Positions 45,600 through 53,777 of a stretch of DNA of 64,000 nucleotides are shown piece after piece. Position 1 is the first letter of the stretch; every line of letters starts with the position of its first letter. The notes beneath the pieces were generated by a model. That model ran no database searches. It saw only the letters and a program-made list of their open reading frames with translations, and was not told where the DNA came from. The DNA lies in the NCBI GenBank assembly GCA_036676455.1, contig JAKFCW010000044.1, positions 1,212 to 65,211 of the forward strand, read 5' to 3'. The position numbers and the translations under genes are program-made. The DNA comes from Candidatus Sericytochromatia bacterium. GTDB lineage: Bacteria; Cyanobacteriota; Sericytochromatia; S15B-MN24; UBA4093.

Positions 45600-48263
45600 C
45601 TAGGATTGCCAGCGCTGGATCTGGCCGGCAACCGTCTGGATGGCCTGGTCGACCTCGCCCTGGCGCAGGCGCAGCTTCGCGACCACGGCTTCCGGGGCCT
45701 TCGCCAGGAAGGCCTCGTTGGAGAGCTGGCCGGCGAGCTTGTCGCGTTCGCCCAGGAGCTTGGTCTCCTCCTTGCGGAGCCGCTCGACTTCCTTGGAGAT
45801 GTCGAGCAGGCCCGCCAGGGGCAGCAGCAACGTGGCGTCACCCGCCACGCCCGAAGCGGCCAGCGGGATTTCCTGGGCTTCCGTCGTGACCTCGACTTCC
45901 TGGGTGCGGGTCAGGTGGGCGAGGTAGGGCGCACCCTTGCGGTAGACCTCGGCCGAGGTGGCCGAAGCCTGGATGACGAGGCGCTCCGCACGCTTGGCGG
46001 GCTCGATGCCCAGCTCAGCGCGGATGTTTCGGACGGTGCGCACGGCCTCCATGATGGTGAGCATCTCGGCTTCGGCTTTTTCGTCGATCTTGGAGGCGTC
46101 GACCACGGGCCACTCGGTTTGCAGCAGCGAGTCGCGACGGGGAGCCAGGCCGCGTTCCACCAGGGTCGCGTGGATCTCCTCGGTGACGAAGGGCATGAAG
46201 GGGTGCATCAGGCGCAGGGTGGCGTAGAGCACCTCGCGCAGGACGGCGCGGACGGTTTCGTCGCCCTGCTGCATGCGGGACTTCGCGAGCTCGATGTACC
46301 AGTCCGCGAACTCGCCCCAGATGAACTCGTAGAGGGCGTCGGTCGCTTGAGACATCGTGAAGGCGTCGATGGCCTCGGTGACGGTCTGGATGGTGCGGTG
46401 CAGGCGCGAGAGGATCCAGCGATCGGCCAGGGTCAGCTCGCCGGCCACGGCCTGGTCGCCCTCGGGCAGGTTCATGAGGGCGAAGCGGCTGACGTTCCAG
46501 AGCTTGTTGGCGAAGTTGCGTCCCGCCTCCAGCTTCTCCTCGCTGAAGCGCACGTCCTGGCTGGAGGTGCCGGCTCCGGCGAACCAGAAGCGGCAGGCGT
46601 CCGCGCCGTACTTGGCGATCATGTCGAGCGGGTCGACGCCGGTGCCCTTGGACTTGGACATGCGCTGGCCCTTGGCGTCCAGGATGGTCGCGTGGATGAC
46701 CACGTGCTGGAAGGGGACCTCGTCCAGGAACTCCATCGAGTTGAAGACCATGCGCGCCACCCAGAGGTAGAGGATGTCGCGCGCGGTCGACAGAACGTTG
46801 GTGGGGTAGAAGTAGTCGAACTCGGGCGTCTTTTCAGGCCAGCCCAGGGTCGCGAAGGGCCAAAGCGCGGAGCTGAACCAGGTGTCGAGGACGTCCGGGT
46901 CCTGTTCGGCGGGCTTGGAGCACGTGGGGCAGGTGGTGATGTCGGTGACCGAGGCGGTCTGGTGTCCGTCCGGGCAGGTCCAGACGGGGATGCGGTGGCC
47001 CCACCAGAGCTGACGCGAGATGCACCAGTCCTTGATGTTGCGCAGCCAGTCGAGGTAGACGCCCTTCCAGCGGTCGGGGTGGAAGTCGATCTGGCCGTCC
47101 TCGACGACCTGGATGGCGGGGCCGGCCAGCGGCTCCATCTTGACGAACCACTGGTCGGAGAGGCGAGGCTCGATGACGGTGCCGCAGCGGTCGCAATGGC
47201 TGACGTTGTTGGTGTAGTCCTCTTCCTTGATCAGCACGCCGTCGGTCTTGAGGTCGAGGACGGCCACCTTGCGGGCCTCGAAGCGGTCGAGCCCGGCAAA
47301 GCGCTCGCCGGCCAGCTCGTTCATGATGCCTTCGGGGGTGAGGACGTCGAGGGTGGGAAGCCCGTGGCGCTGGCCGATCTCGTAGTCGGTCATGTCGTGG
47401 GCGGGGGTGATTTTGAGGGCGCCGGTGCCGAAGTCGCGCTCGACGGCCTCGTCGGCGATCACGGGCACCGTGCGGTCGGTGAGGGGCACGCGGACCTGCT
47501 TGCCGATGAACGCGCGGTAGCGCTCGTCCTCGGGGTGCACGGCGATCGCCACGTCGCCCACGATGGTCTCGGGGCGCACGGTTGCGATGGTGATGGAGCC
47601 CGAGCCGTCCGCCAGGGGGTACTGCACGTGGTAAAGCGTGGAGTCGGACTGCTTGTGCTGGACCTCGAGGTCGGAAAGGGAGGTCAGGCAGCGGGGGCAC
47701 CAGTTGATGATCCGGTTGCCGCGGTAGATCAGGCCCTTCTCGAAGAGGTGCACGAACGCGACGCGGATGGCCTTGGTGTAGCCCTCGTCCATGGTGAAGC
47801 GCCAGCGGTCGAAGTCCATGGTGGTGCCGAGGCGCTTGAACTGGTGGATGATGGTGTTGCCGTAGTGTTCCTTCCATTCCCAGACCTTGGAGATGAACTC
47901 CTCGCGTCCGATGTCATGGCGGGTCTTGCCCTCGTCGGCGCGCAGCTTGCGCTCGACGACGTTCTGGGTGGCGATGCCGGCGTGGTCGGTGCCGGGCTGC
48001 CAGAGGACGCCGTAGCCCTGCATGCGCTTGGAGCGGGCCAGCACGTCCTGGATCGTGCCGTTGGTGGCGTGGCCGAGGTGGAGGTTGCCGGTGACGTTGG
48101 GAGGAGGCAGCACCATCGAGAAGGGCTTCTTCGTGGGGTCGACGTCCATGGCGTAGACCTTGAGCTCCTGCCAGCGGTCGATCCAGGTGTCCTCGACCCG
48201 CTGCGGCTCGTAAGCGGTGGCCATGGTAAGCGGCGATTTCTCCGTCGTGGGCTTCGTCTCCAT
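45600..48263 (-). CDS. valS: Valine--tRNA ligase
   Basis: Start at METKPTTEK (ATG 48263, GAGAGGA RBS). Motifs PPPNVTGNLHLGHA and RMSKSKG. C-terminal coiled coil. Confidence 0.95.
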   Translation of the reverse strand: METKPTTEKSPLTMATAYEPQRVEDTWIDRWQELKVYAMDVDPTKKPFSMVLPPPNVTGNLHLGHATNGTIQDVLARSKRMQGYGVLWQPGTDHAGIATQNVVERKLRADEGKTRHDIGREEFISKVWEWKEHYGNTIIHQFKRLGTTMDFDRWRFTMDEGYTKAIRVAFVHLFEKGLIYRGNRIINWCPRCLTSLSDLEVQHKQSDSTLYHVQYPLADGSGSITIATVRPETIVGDVAIAVHPEDERYRAFIGKQVRVPLTDRTVPVIADEAVERDFGTGALKITPAHDMTDYEIGQRHGLPTLDVLTPEGIMNELAGERFAGLDRFEARKVAVLDLKTDGVLIKEEDYTNNVSHCDRCGTVIEPRLSDQWFVKMEPLAGPAIQVVEDGQIDFHPDRWKGVYLDWLRNIKDWCISRQLWWGHRIPVWTCPDGHQTASVTDITTCPTCSKPAEQDPDVLDTWFSSALWPFATLGWPEKTPEFDYFYPTNVLSTARDILYLWVARMVFNSMEFLDEVPFQHVVIHATILDAKGQRMSKSKGTGVDPLDMIAKYGADACRFWFAGAGTSSQDVRFSEEKLEAGRNFANKLWNVSRFALMNLPEGDQAVAGELTLADRWILSRLHRTIQTVTEAIDAFTMSQATDALYEFIWGEFADWYIELAKSRMQQGDETVRAVLREVLYATLRLMHPFMPFVTEEIHATLVERGLAPRRDSLLQTEWPVVDASKIDEKAEAEMLTIMEAVRTVRNIRAELGIEPAKRAERLVIQASATSAEVYRKGAPYLAHLTRTQEVEVTTEAQEIPLAASGVAGDATLLLPLAGLLDISKEVERLRKEETKLLGERDKLAGQLSNEAFLAKAPEAVVAKLRLRQGEVDQAIQTVAGQIQRWQS

Positions 48264-48348
48264 GCGGTCCTCTCTCGGTGATGCGGGAATTTGGGGCGCG
48301 TTCGCGAAGCCCCATTCTACCACGCGGGCCGGTCCGCGCGAACGCGTG

Positions 48349-48357
48349 TGCTATGAT
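48349..48357 (+). promoter_or_regulatory. Extended -10 element TGcTATGAT upstream of rnhA
   Basis: GTGCTATGATGG is the same flanking context as the yajQ element. It ends 7 nt before ATG 48365. Confidence 0.35.
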
Positions 48358-48364
48358 GGGCGCC

Positions 48365-48823
48365 ATGCGTATCGAAGCTTATTGTGACGGAGCCTGCTCC
48401 GGAAACCCCGGCCCGGGAGCCGCTGCCGCCCTCTTGCTCGCCTACGAGGGCGCGACGCTTCTCAAGGAGCGCGAGCTCGTCTCTCCGGTGGACCCCCACA
48501 CGACCAACCAGCGCCAAGAGCTGCTGGCGGCCATCATGGCGCTCGAAGCCCTCGCCAAGCCGGGCGTCGAGATCACCATGATTTGCGACTCGAAGTACGT
48601 GATCGACGGGATCACGAGCTGGGTCAAGGGCTGGAAGCGAAACGGCTGGGTGAACTCCAAGAAGGAGCCGGTGGCGAACCGCGAGCTCTGGGAGCGTCTG
48701 GACCTGGCCGTTCAGAAGCACCGGGTGAGCTGGAAATGGGTCAAGGGCCACGCCGGCAACATCTACAACGAGCGGGTCGATCAACTGGCGGTCAAGGCCG
48801 TTCAGGAAGCCCGCAAGTCCTGA
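48365..48823 (+). CDS. rnhA: Ribonuclease HI
   Basis: MRIEAYCDGACSGNPGPG ... QRQELLAAI ... KGHAGNIYNERVD. Alternative ATGs lie at 48353 and 48356. Confidence 0.88.
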   Translation: MRIEAYCDGACSGNPGPGAAAALLLAYEGATLLKERELVSPVDPHTTNQRQELLAAIMALEALAKPGVEITMICDSKYVIDGITSWVKGWKRNGWVNSKKEPVANRELWERLDLAVQKHRVSWKWVKGHAGNIYNERVDQLAVKAVQEARKS

Positions 48824-48835
48824 GGCCATTCATGT

Positions 48836-48879
48836 TTAAGCCAATCGGCCTGCCGGATCCGGCAGGCCGATTGGCTTAA
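48836..48879. terminator. 44-nt perfect palindrome (21-bp arms) after rnhA
   Basis: TTAAGCCAATCGGCCTGCCGG-AT-CCGGCAGGCCGATTGGCTTAA. Confidence 0.7.
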
Positions 48880-48994
48880 TGTGCGTTAAACAGTGTGAGC
48901 AGCCTCACATGGCCGGCGTGCGGCCCGTCACCCGGGCTAGTCGCGGCGTGACGCATGCTGGTGAGGATGTTCCCCGTCCCTCTTGAGGCCTGTG

Positions 48995-49159
48995 ATGACC
49001 CTGAGCTGCTCGAAGTGCCAATCGCCGATGACCCTCAAATCCCGCCTGAGCTTCGCAGTTGGGCCAGGCAAGCTGATCTACGTCTGCAGCAAGAGCGCGA
49101 ACCACGTGACGATCCTCGAGGACCAGGGCTCCTCCGAGCCCATTCCGGCTGGGGACTAG
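48995..49159 (+). CDS. Candidate mini-protein (54 aa) with zinc-ribbon-like CxxC...C...H
   Basis: Below the track threshold. GAGG RBS 6 nt before the ATG. GC-rich third codon positions. Sequence MTLSCSKCQSPMTLKSRLSFAVGPGKLIYVCSKSANHVTILEDQGSSEPIPAGD. Its stop overlaps the stop of the convergent sdpI-like gene at CTAG. Confidence 0.4.
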   Translation: MTLSCSKCQSPMTLKSRLSFAVGPGKLIYVCSKSANHVTILEDQGSSEPIPAGD

Positions 49160-49809
49160 TCTCTCACCTGCCGGCGGTAGAGCCCGTACGAGTAGGCGAA
49201 GGTGATGATCACCAGCCCCAGCGTCGAGGCGATCACGATGCCGAAGGCCCAGCTGGGGGGTAGCCAAGCGCTGGCCATGAACACGAGCCCCATGAGGACC
49301 ATGAGCTTGCCTGCCAGGCGATGGGTGCGGACCCAGACCTCGTCGCTGGAGAGCGTCCACGGCGTGCGGATTCCCAGGAAGAAATTCGAGCGCACCTTGG
49401 GGAGGTAGTTCCCCAGCACGACGAACATGAGGCCGATGCCGACCAGCAGGTGGGAAGAGGGCAGGACCTGATCCGGGGATGCTGCCGAGGACAGGGCCAG
49501 GTAGGTGATGAACAGCATCAGGGCGCTCACGCCGGTCTTCAGGACCGGGTAAATGTCGCCGAGGGCGGCCCAGTTGCGCGAGCGCGGGTCGACAAAGGGG
49601 CTCAGCGTCATCGTCACGTAGACGAAGAGCGAGACCAAAGGGCCCAAGAGCGCGCCCCAGGTGCGGGGCATCCAGCTGTCCGGCCGCCCGTCGACTCCCC
49701 AGTGGGTGGGCATCGGGTCGGGAAGCTGCGGCCAGAACCAGAGGGCCAGCGCCCAGCTCGCGAGCACGAAGAGCAGCGGCAGGAATTCACTTTTGAGCGT
49801 CAGGCGCAT
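49156..49809 (-). CDS. SdpI/DUF1648-family membrane protein
   Basis: Start at MRLTLKSEF (ATG 49809). Motifs PTHWGVDGRPD and NFFLGIRTPWTLSSDEVWVRTHR. Confidence 0.8.
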   Translation of the reverse strand: MRLTLKSEFLPLLFVLASWALALWFWPQLPDPMPTHWGVDGRPDSWMPRTWGALLGPLVSLFVYVTMTLSPFVDPRSRNWAALGDIYPVLKTGVSALMLFITYLALSSAASPDQVLPSSHLLVGIGLMFVVLGNYLPKVRSNFFLGIRTPWTLSSDEVWVRTHRLAGKLMVLMGLVFMASAWLPPSWAFGIVIASTLGLVIITFAYSYGLYRRQVRD

Positions 49810-50077
49810 GAGGCTCTCCTTTCCAGAGGCTGAGCAAGGAGGCAACGAGCTCCTCGAAGACCGTCATGTTGAGGTGGTAGGTGATGGTGGTGCCGTCGCG
49901 GACGCCGTAGATGAGGTCGGCGTCCTTGAGCTGGTTCAGGTGGTGGGAAACGGTCGGCTTCGTCAGGTCGAAGCGTTTCGCGATCTCGCCGGCGGTATGG
50001 GGGCGCTGCCGCAGCAGGGTCAGGATCTCGCGGCGGTTCGGATCGGCGATCGCCTTGAATACCTCATTGAGCGCCAT
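49787..50077 (-). CDS. ArsR/SdpR-family transcriptional repressor
   Basis: MALNEVFKAIADPNRREILTLL ... winged HTH. GGAGGA RBS before ATG 50077. Overlaps the sdpI-like start by 23 nt. Confidence 0.85.
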   Translation of the reverse strand: MALNEVFKAIADPNRREILTLLRQRPHTAGEIAKRFDLTKPTVSHHLNQLKDADLIYGVRDGTTITYHLNMTVFEELVASLLSLWKGEPHAPDAQK

Positions 50078-50092
50078 GTCGTCCTCCATGAT

Positions 50093-50974
50093 TCAGCAAA
50101 GCGGCTGCCCCACGACCGTGAAGGCCTTGCGACGGGCCATGACCGCGACGAGGATCGCCAGCAACCCGAGGCCGATCAGGCCCAACGGGCCTCCCAGCAG
50201 GGACTGGTAGCCGGCCACGAACAAGGCTACGTAGGCCGCTCCCTGGTTGAGGAAGCCATGCGCCAGGCACGGCACGAAGATACTTCCGGACGCGTAGAAG
50301 AGCCAGGCGTAGACGGCCCCCATCAGGACGCAGAAGACGGTCATCATGAAGATGCCCACGACCGGGTGAGCGGGGTAGTTGTAGCCCATCGCGATGAGCG
50401 GCGCGTGCCAGAGGCCCCAGACCACGCCGTGCAGGGCGATCGCCCTGGTCGGACCCAGCTCCATCAGCTTGGGCAGCAGGTAGCCGCGCCAGCCGTACTC
50501 CTCGCCCCAGTAAGCGGGAAGTCCCAGGATGGCCCCGAGGATGACGACCTGAATGGCCATCAAGGCGGCGAAGGCGCCCGTGCTCATGGGCGGGGCCTGC
50601 CCCGTCTGCTGGGTGATGGCTGTAATCATGGTCTGGAACTTGCTCAAGTCGGCGTCCAGCGTGAGCCAGGGCGTCAGGGCCGAGAGACCGTAACTGAGTC
50701 CCAGGTACGCGACCGTCAAGGCGAAACCGTAGAGGTAGTAGCGCTTCTTGCCGAGGCGAAGCCCGGTGTTCTTGAAGCCCTCCTGGCGGAAGGCGCGAAA
50801 CGCCACGGCGATCAGCGCCGGGATCAGCATCTGGGCCCCGACCAGGATCTGGAACATCTGCGGGTTCGACAGGCCGCCCTGGAGGTAGACCACGGCGTCC
50901 AGCGCCCAGGTGAGGGCGAAGACCACCGCGAGGTAACCCGTCACGGCTTTTCGGTTCGCGGGGGATAGCGTCAT
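50093..50974 (-). CDS. CPBP-family intramembrane glutamic endopeptidase (CAAX/Abi type)
   Basis: Start at MTLSPANRK (ATG 50974, AAGGAGG RBS). Motifs EEYGWRGYL, HGVVWGLWH, HGFLN. Confidence 0.85.
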   Translation of the reverse strand: MTLSPANRKAVTGYLAVVFALTWALDAVVYLQGGLSNPQMFQILVGAQMLIPALIAVAFRAFRQEGFKNTGLRLGKKRYYLYGFALTVAYLGLSYGLSALTPWLTLDADLSKFQTMITAITQQTGQAPPMSTGAFAALMAIQVVILGAILGLPAYWGEEYGWRGYLLPKLMELGPTRAIALHGVVWGLWHAPLIAMGYNYPAHPVVGIFMMTVFCVLMGAVYAWLFYASGSIFVPCLAHGFLNQGAAYVALFVAGYQSLLGGPLGLIGLGLLAILVAVMARRKAFTVVGQPLC

Positions 50975-51007
50975 CGGGACCTCCTTCACGGCCAACATTT
51001 TTAGCTT

Positions 51008-51037
51008 TGTCTAATTAGATGGTTATCTAATTAGACA
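51008..51037. promoter_or_regulatory. Candidate operator: perfect 13-bp inverted repeat containing two CTAATTAG palindromes
   Basis: TGTCTAATTAGAT-GGTT-ATCTAATTAGACA, 34-63 nt upstream of the CPBP start, is an AT-rich block in GC-rich DNA. Confidence 0.6.
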
Positions 51038-51340
51038 GTAGCCGAAACGACCAATCCTGACAAGCCCCGGGCCATGGCCGTCCTCCATTCGCTTCAACCC
51101 CGCCATCCCCATGGTCCACGTGTCGCGAAGGGTAGCCTATCGTGAGGGCCAACGTCTGTTTAGCCAGGTTCTCACGCGTCGAAACCGTTAGAAGCTGTGG
51201 AATCACGCGGGTTTTGAGCTCCTCACGCTGCGCTCACCGCGAAATTCTGGTGAAATTTTGATGCCAAGCTGCGATTATCCGTGTCATGCGGGGGTATTAC
51301 CATGTCATCAAGCAAGCAGCTCATGACAGCAGGAGGGTGA

Positions 51341-52855
51341 ATGTTCAAGTTTCGCTGGCTAGGCGTGGCCCTGAGCGTGGGTGTGTTGACCGGGTGCCCC
51401 GGAGGACTCAACCTGAACCCGCAGACCATGGAGCAGATCAATAGCTTTCTCGGGGAATACGGGCTCAGCCTCAAGACGGTCGACCCTTCGACGGGCCAGG
51501 CTCGAACCTACGCGGAATCCGACATCTCGCAGGTGGTCGGCGAGGACGGCAAGCCTATCGACCACAAGTTCGAGGGCGGCAGGCTGGTTTTCCGGCCATC
51601 GAAGGAAGGCGCGCAGCGGATCACCGTCACCTTCAAGGACGGCACGAGCCAGCAGTTCACCATTGAGGGCAAGAAGGCCGATGGCCGCATGACTGGCGAC
51701 GTGGCCTTCATCCCGGATGGCAGCGGCCAGGGGTTCAACACCGAGGTGGGCATCGGCCGGGAGATCGACGTCGAGGCCCGGCATGATGCGTTCCTCGCCC
51801 TGATGGCCACCAAGCGCGTCCAGCTGACCTTCGAAAAAACCACCCTCACGGGGCTGACCCACGAGTCCCTCAAGGCCGTGTATTTCGACCGCATGAAGTT
51901 GCCTCCCTTCACCTACATGGTCGAGAACGGCGCGCTCAAGCTCGATCCCAACCTCTTCTTCATGGCCCGCGAGTACCAGAAGCACACCGGCTCCTACCCC
52001 ATGGTCCGGGTGGCCATGTCGAACGGATCCGACTTGAAGGTCGTGCTCGGAGTGATGTCCGGGCTGCCGAAGCTTCCCGACTTCACTCCCCCTCAGCCGG
52101 GAGCGGTCCCCCCTCCGCCTCCGGGGCCCGAGGCCTTCGAGTCCGGTCAGGTGCTCGACCTCGGCATCAAGGCCGTCGAGACGCTCCCAGGCATGACGCT
52201 GGAGCAGTACGAGCTGGATCGCGGCCTCCAGACCAACGTTCCCAGGCCGGGTGAGCTTCCTCCGCCCCCGAGCGATGCGGACCGGGATGCGATTCGCGCC
52301 GAGATCGACGCGCACGCCGTCACCTTCACGATCCCGGCGCTCGCCGGCGTCAACCGCACGGACGTCAGGGCCATGTTCGTCGGCAAGATGGAGCGCCCCC
52401 TGGTTCCGACCGCGCCCGACCTGCCGCCGGTTCCGCTCGACTTGCTCGACATCAGCGCGGAAGGGAACATCAAGCTCGACTCCATGCTCATCGGCCACGC
52501 CTTCCAGCTCTGGTACGGGCCGCTGAACGCGAGTGCCTCCGACATGCCCTGGATCCGGGTCTTCTACGTGAAGGATGGCGTGCGCAAGGTCACGGCGTTC
52601 CGCTTCCCGGGATCCGGGCCGGCCTGGTTCACGAGCCCGACGGCAGTCGGCTGGATTTTGCCTGAGCAGCCGAGCAGTGATCCGGATAATCGCTGGATGC
52701 CCCCGCCGCCGCCCTTCGGAAGCTTTGGCAAGAACCAAGCGGAGGCCAACCCGGACACCTTCACTTACACGTTCACGGATGGCGATCTCCAGGCCTTCAG
52801 GAACCAGCTGAACGCCTACATCGGCCCCAACCCGGACACCGACGACAACCGATAG
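51341..52855 (+). CDS. Hypothetical lipoprotein with an internally duplicated unknown domain and proline-rich linkers
   Basis: 504 aa. Lipobox LTGC. AGGAGGG RBS. Two related modules of about 100 aa. No family recognised. Confidence 0.7.
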   Translation: MFKFRWLGVALSVGVLTGCPGGLNLNPQTMEQINSFLGEYGLSLKTVDPSTGQARTYAESDISQVVGEDGKPIDHKFEGGRLVFRPSKEGAQRITVTFKDGTSQQFTIEGKKADGRMTGDVAFIPDGSGQGFNTEVGIGREIDVEARHDAFLALMATKRVQLTFEKTTLTGLTHESLKAVYFDRMKLPPFTYMVENGALKLDPNLFFMAREYQKHTGSYPMVRVAMSNGSDLKVVLGVMSGLPKLPDFTPPQPGAVPPPPPGPEAFESGQVLDLGIKAVETLPGMTLEQYELDRGLQTNVPRPGELPPPPSDADRDAIRAEIDAHAVTFTIPALAGVNRTDVRAMFVGKMERPLVPTAPDLPPVPLDLLDISAEGNIKLDSMLIGHAFQLWYGPLNASASDMPWIRVFYVKDGVRKVTAFRFPGSGPAWFTSPTAVGWILPEQPSSDPDNRWMPPPPPFGSFGKNQAEANPDTFTYTFTDGDLQAFRNQLNAYIGPNPDTDDNR

Positions 52856-52872
52856 CGCCCAAATAGGCTCTC

Positions 52873-52905
52873 AGGCGACGGACCCAGCTCAGCTGGGTCC
52901 GTCGC
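52873..52905 (+). terminator. Terminator hairpin (15-bp stem)
   Basis: GGCGACGGACCCAGC-TCA-GCTGGGTCCGTCGCC, 18 nt after the stop codon. Confidence 0.65.
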
Positions 52906-52934
52906 CGTCTCTGCGGCTGCCACACCGAGGCTTT

Positions 52935-53010
52935 AACTTAAACTCGAATTGCTTGACAGGTTCAAGTTATGGGATTAACCTCAACCTGAAACTCGCTTTA
53001 GGTTTAAGTT
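52935..53010 (+). promoter_or_regulatory. Promoter/operator region of the MerR-efflux operon
   Basis: TTGACA (52953-52958), 17 nt, TAACCT (52976-52981). The motif AGGTTYAAGTT occurs at 52958-52968 and 53000-53010, and inverted at 52935-52943. Confidence 0.5.
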
Positions 53011-53021
53011 CAGGAGGCGGC

Positions 53022-53777
53022 ATGAGCGACGAGCGCCCGCGCTACACCATCCATGAGGTCGTCACCCTGTTGCAGGGGGAGTTTCCGCTCACGGCCTCGA
53101 ATCTGCGGTACTGGGAAAAGCAGGGTCTCCTGCAGCCCGGGCGCACCGAGGGTGGACACCGCCTCTTCGATGACGAGGACCTGGCGCGCATCCGCCTCAT
53201 CAAGCGCCTGCAAAGCAAGCGAGCATTCAGCCTGGAGACGGTCCGCCGCTACCTGAAGTCCGGCCTCACCGTCGACGAGATTGCTCGCCACCTCGAGCAG
53301 AACGAATGGCTTTACCGCCCCCTGGGCTACGAGCAAAGCTTCGTGCCGCTCGAACTTCCGGCGTTGCTGGAAGCGAGCGGCATGACCGCGGCCGAGCTAT
53401 CCGCCCTGGAAGAGCGCGATCTCATCGCCCCCATCAACGAGGGAGACTCTGTCCCTGTCTATGACGAGGATGCCGTCTCCATGGCCAAGCTCGCCGGCAA
53501 GTTCATGCGGCGGGGCTTCGCGCCGGGCGACTTCGCGCCGCTCAACGACCAGGCCGCCCAGCTGGCGCGCACGCACCTGGAAACCTTCGTCTCGAAGCTC
53601 TTCGCCGAAGGGGCCGATCCGCGCGGCCGTGCCCTCTTGCCCGAGGCCGAGGATTTCGTCCGCCTGCTCTACCATCGGCAACTGCTCCGGGTCGCCCAGC
53701 AGCTCGCCAAGGAGGGCTTCTTCAATCAGTTCCAGCATGAGCCGTCCCCCACCCATCCCAGCGAGGAGTCCCGATGA
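53022..53777 (+). CDS. MerR-family regulator with a second, degenerate MerR-like module
   Basis: Start at MSDERPRY (AGGAGG RBS). HTH YTIHEVVTLL ... LRYWEKQGLL ... RLFDDEDLARIRLIKRL. The second module reads MTAAELSALEERDLIAP ... PVYDEDAVSMAKLAGKF. Confidence 0.8.
   Translation: MSDERPRYTIHEVVTLLQGEFPLTASNLRYWEKQGLLQPGRTEGGHRLFDDEDLARIRLIKRLQSKRAFSLETVRRYLKSGLTVDEIARHLEQNEWLYRPLGYEQSFVPLELPALLEASGMTAAELSALEERDLIAPINEGDSVPVYDEDAVSMAKLAGKFMRRGFAPGDFAPLNDQAAQLARTHLETFVSKLFAEGADPRGRALLPEAEDFVRLLYHRQLLRVAQQLAKEGFFNQFQHEPSPTHPSEESR

Noticed and set aside
52953-53021. TTG 52953 as the start of the MerR gene (track ORF 52953-53777)
   Set aside because: That TTG is the first half of a TTGACA -35-like hexamer in AT-rich non-coding DNA. 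A strong AGGAGG RBS precedes ATG 53022, which begins a normal MerR N-terminus.
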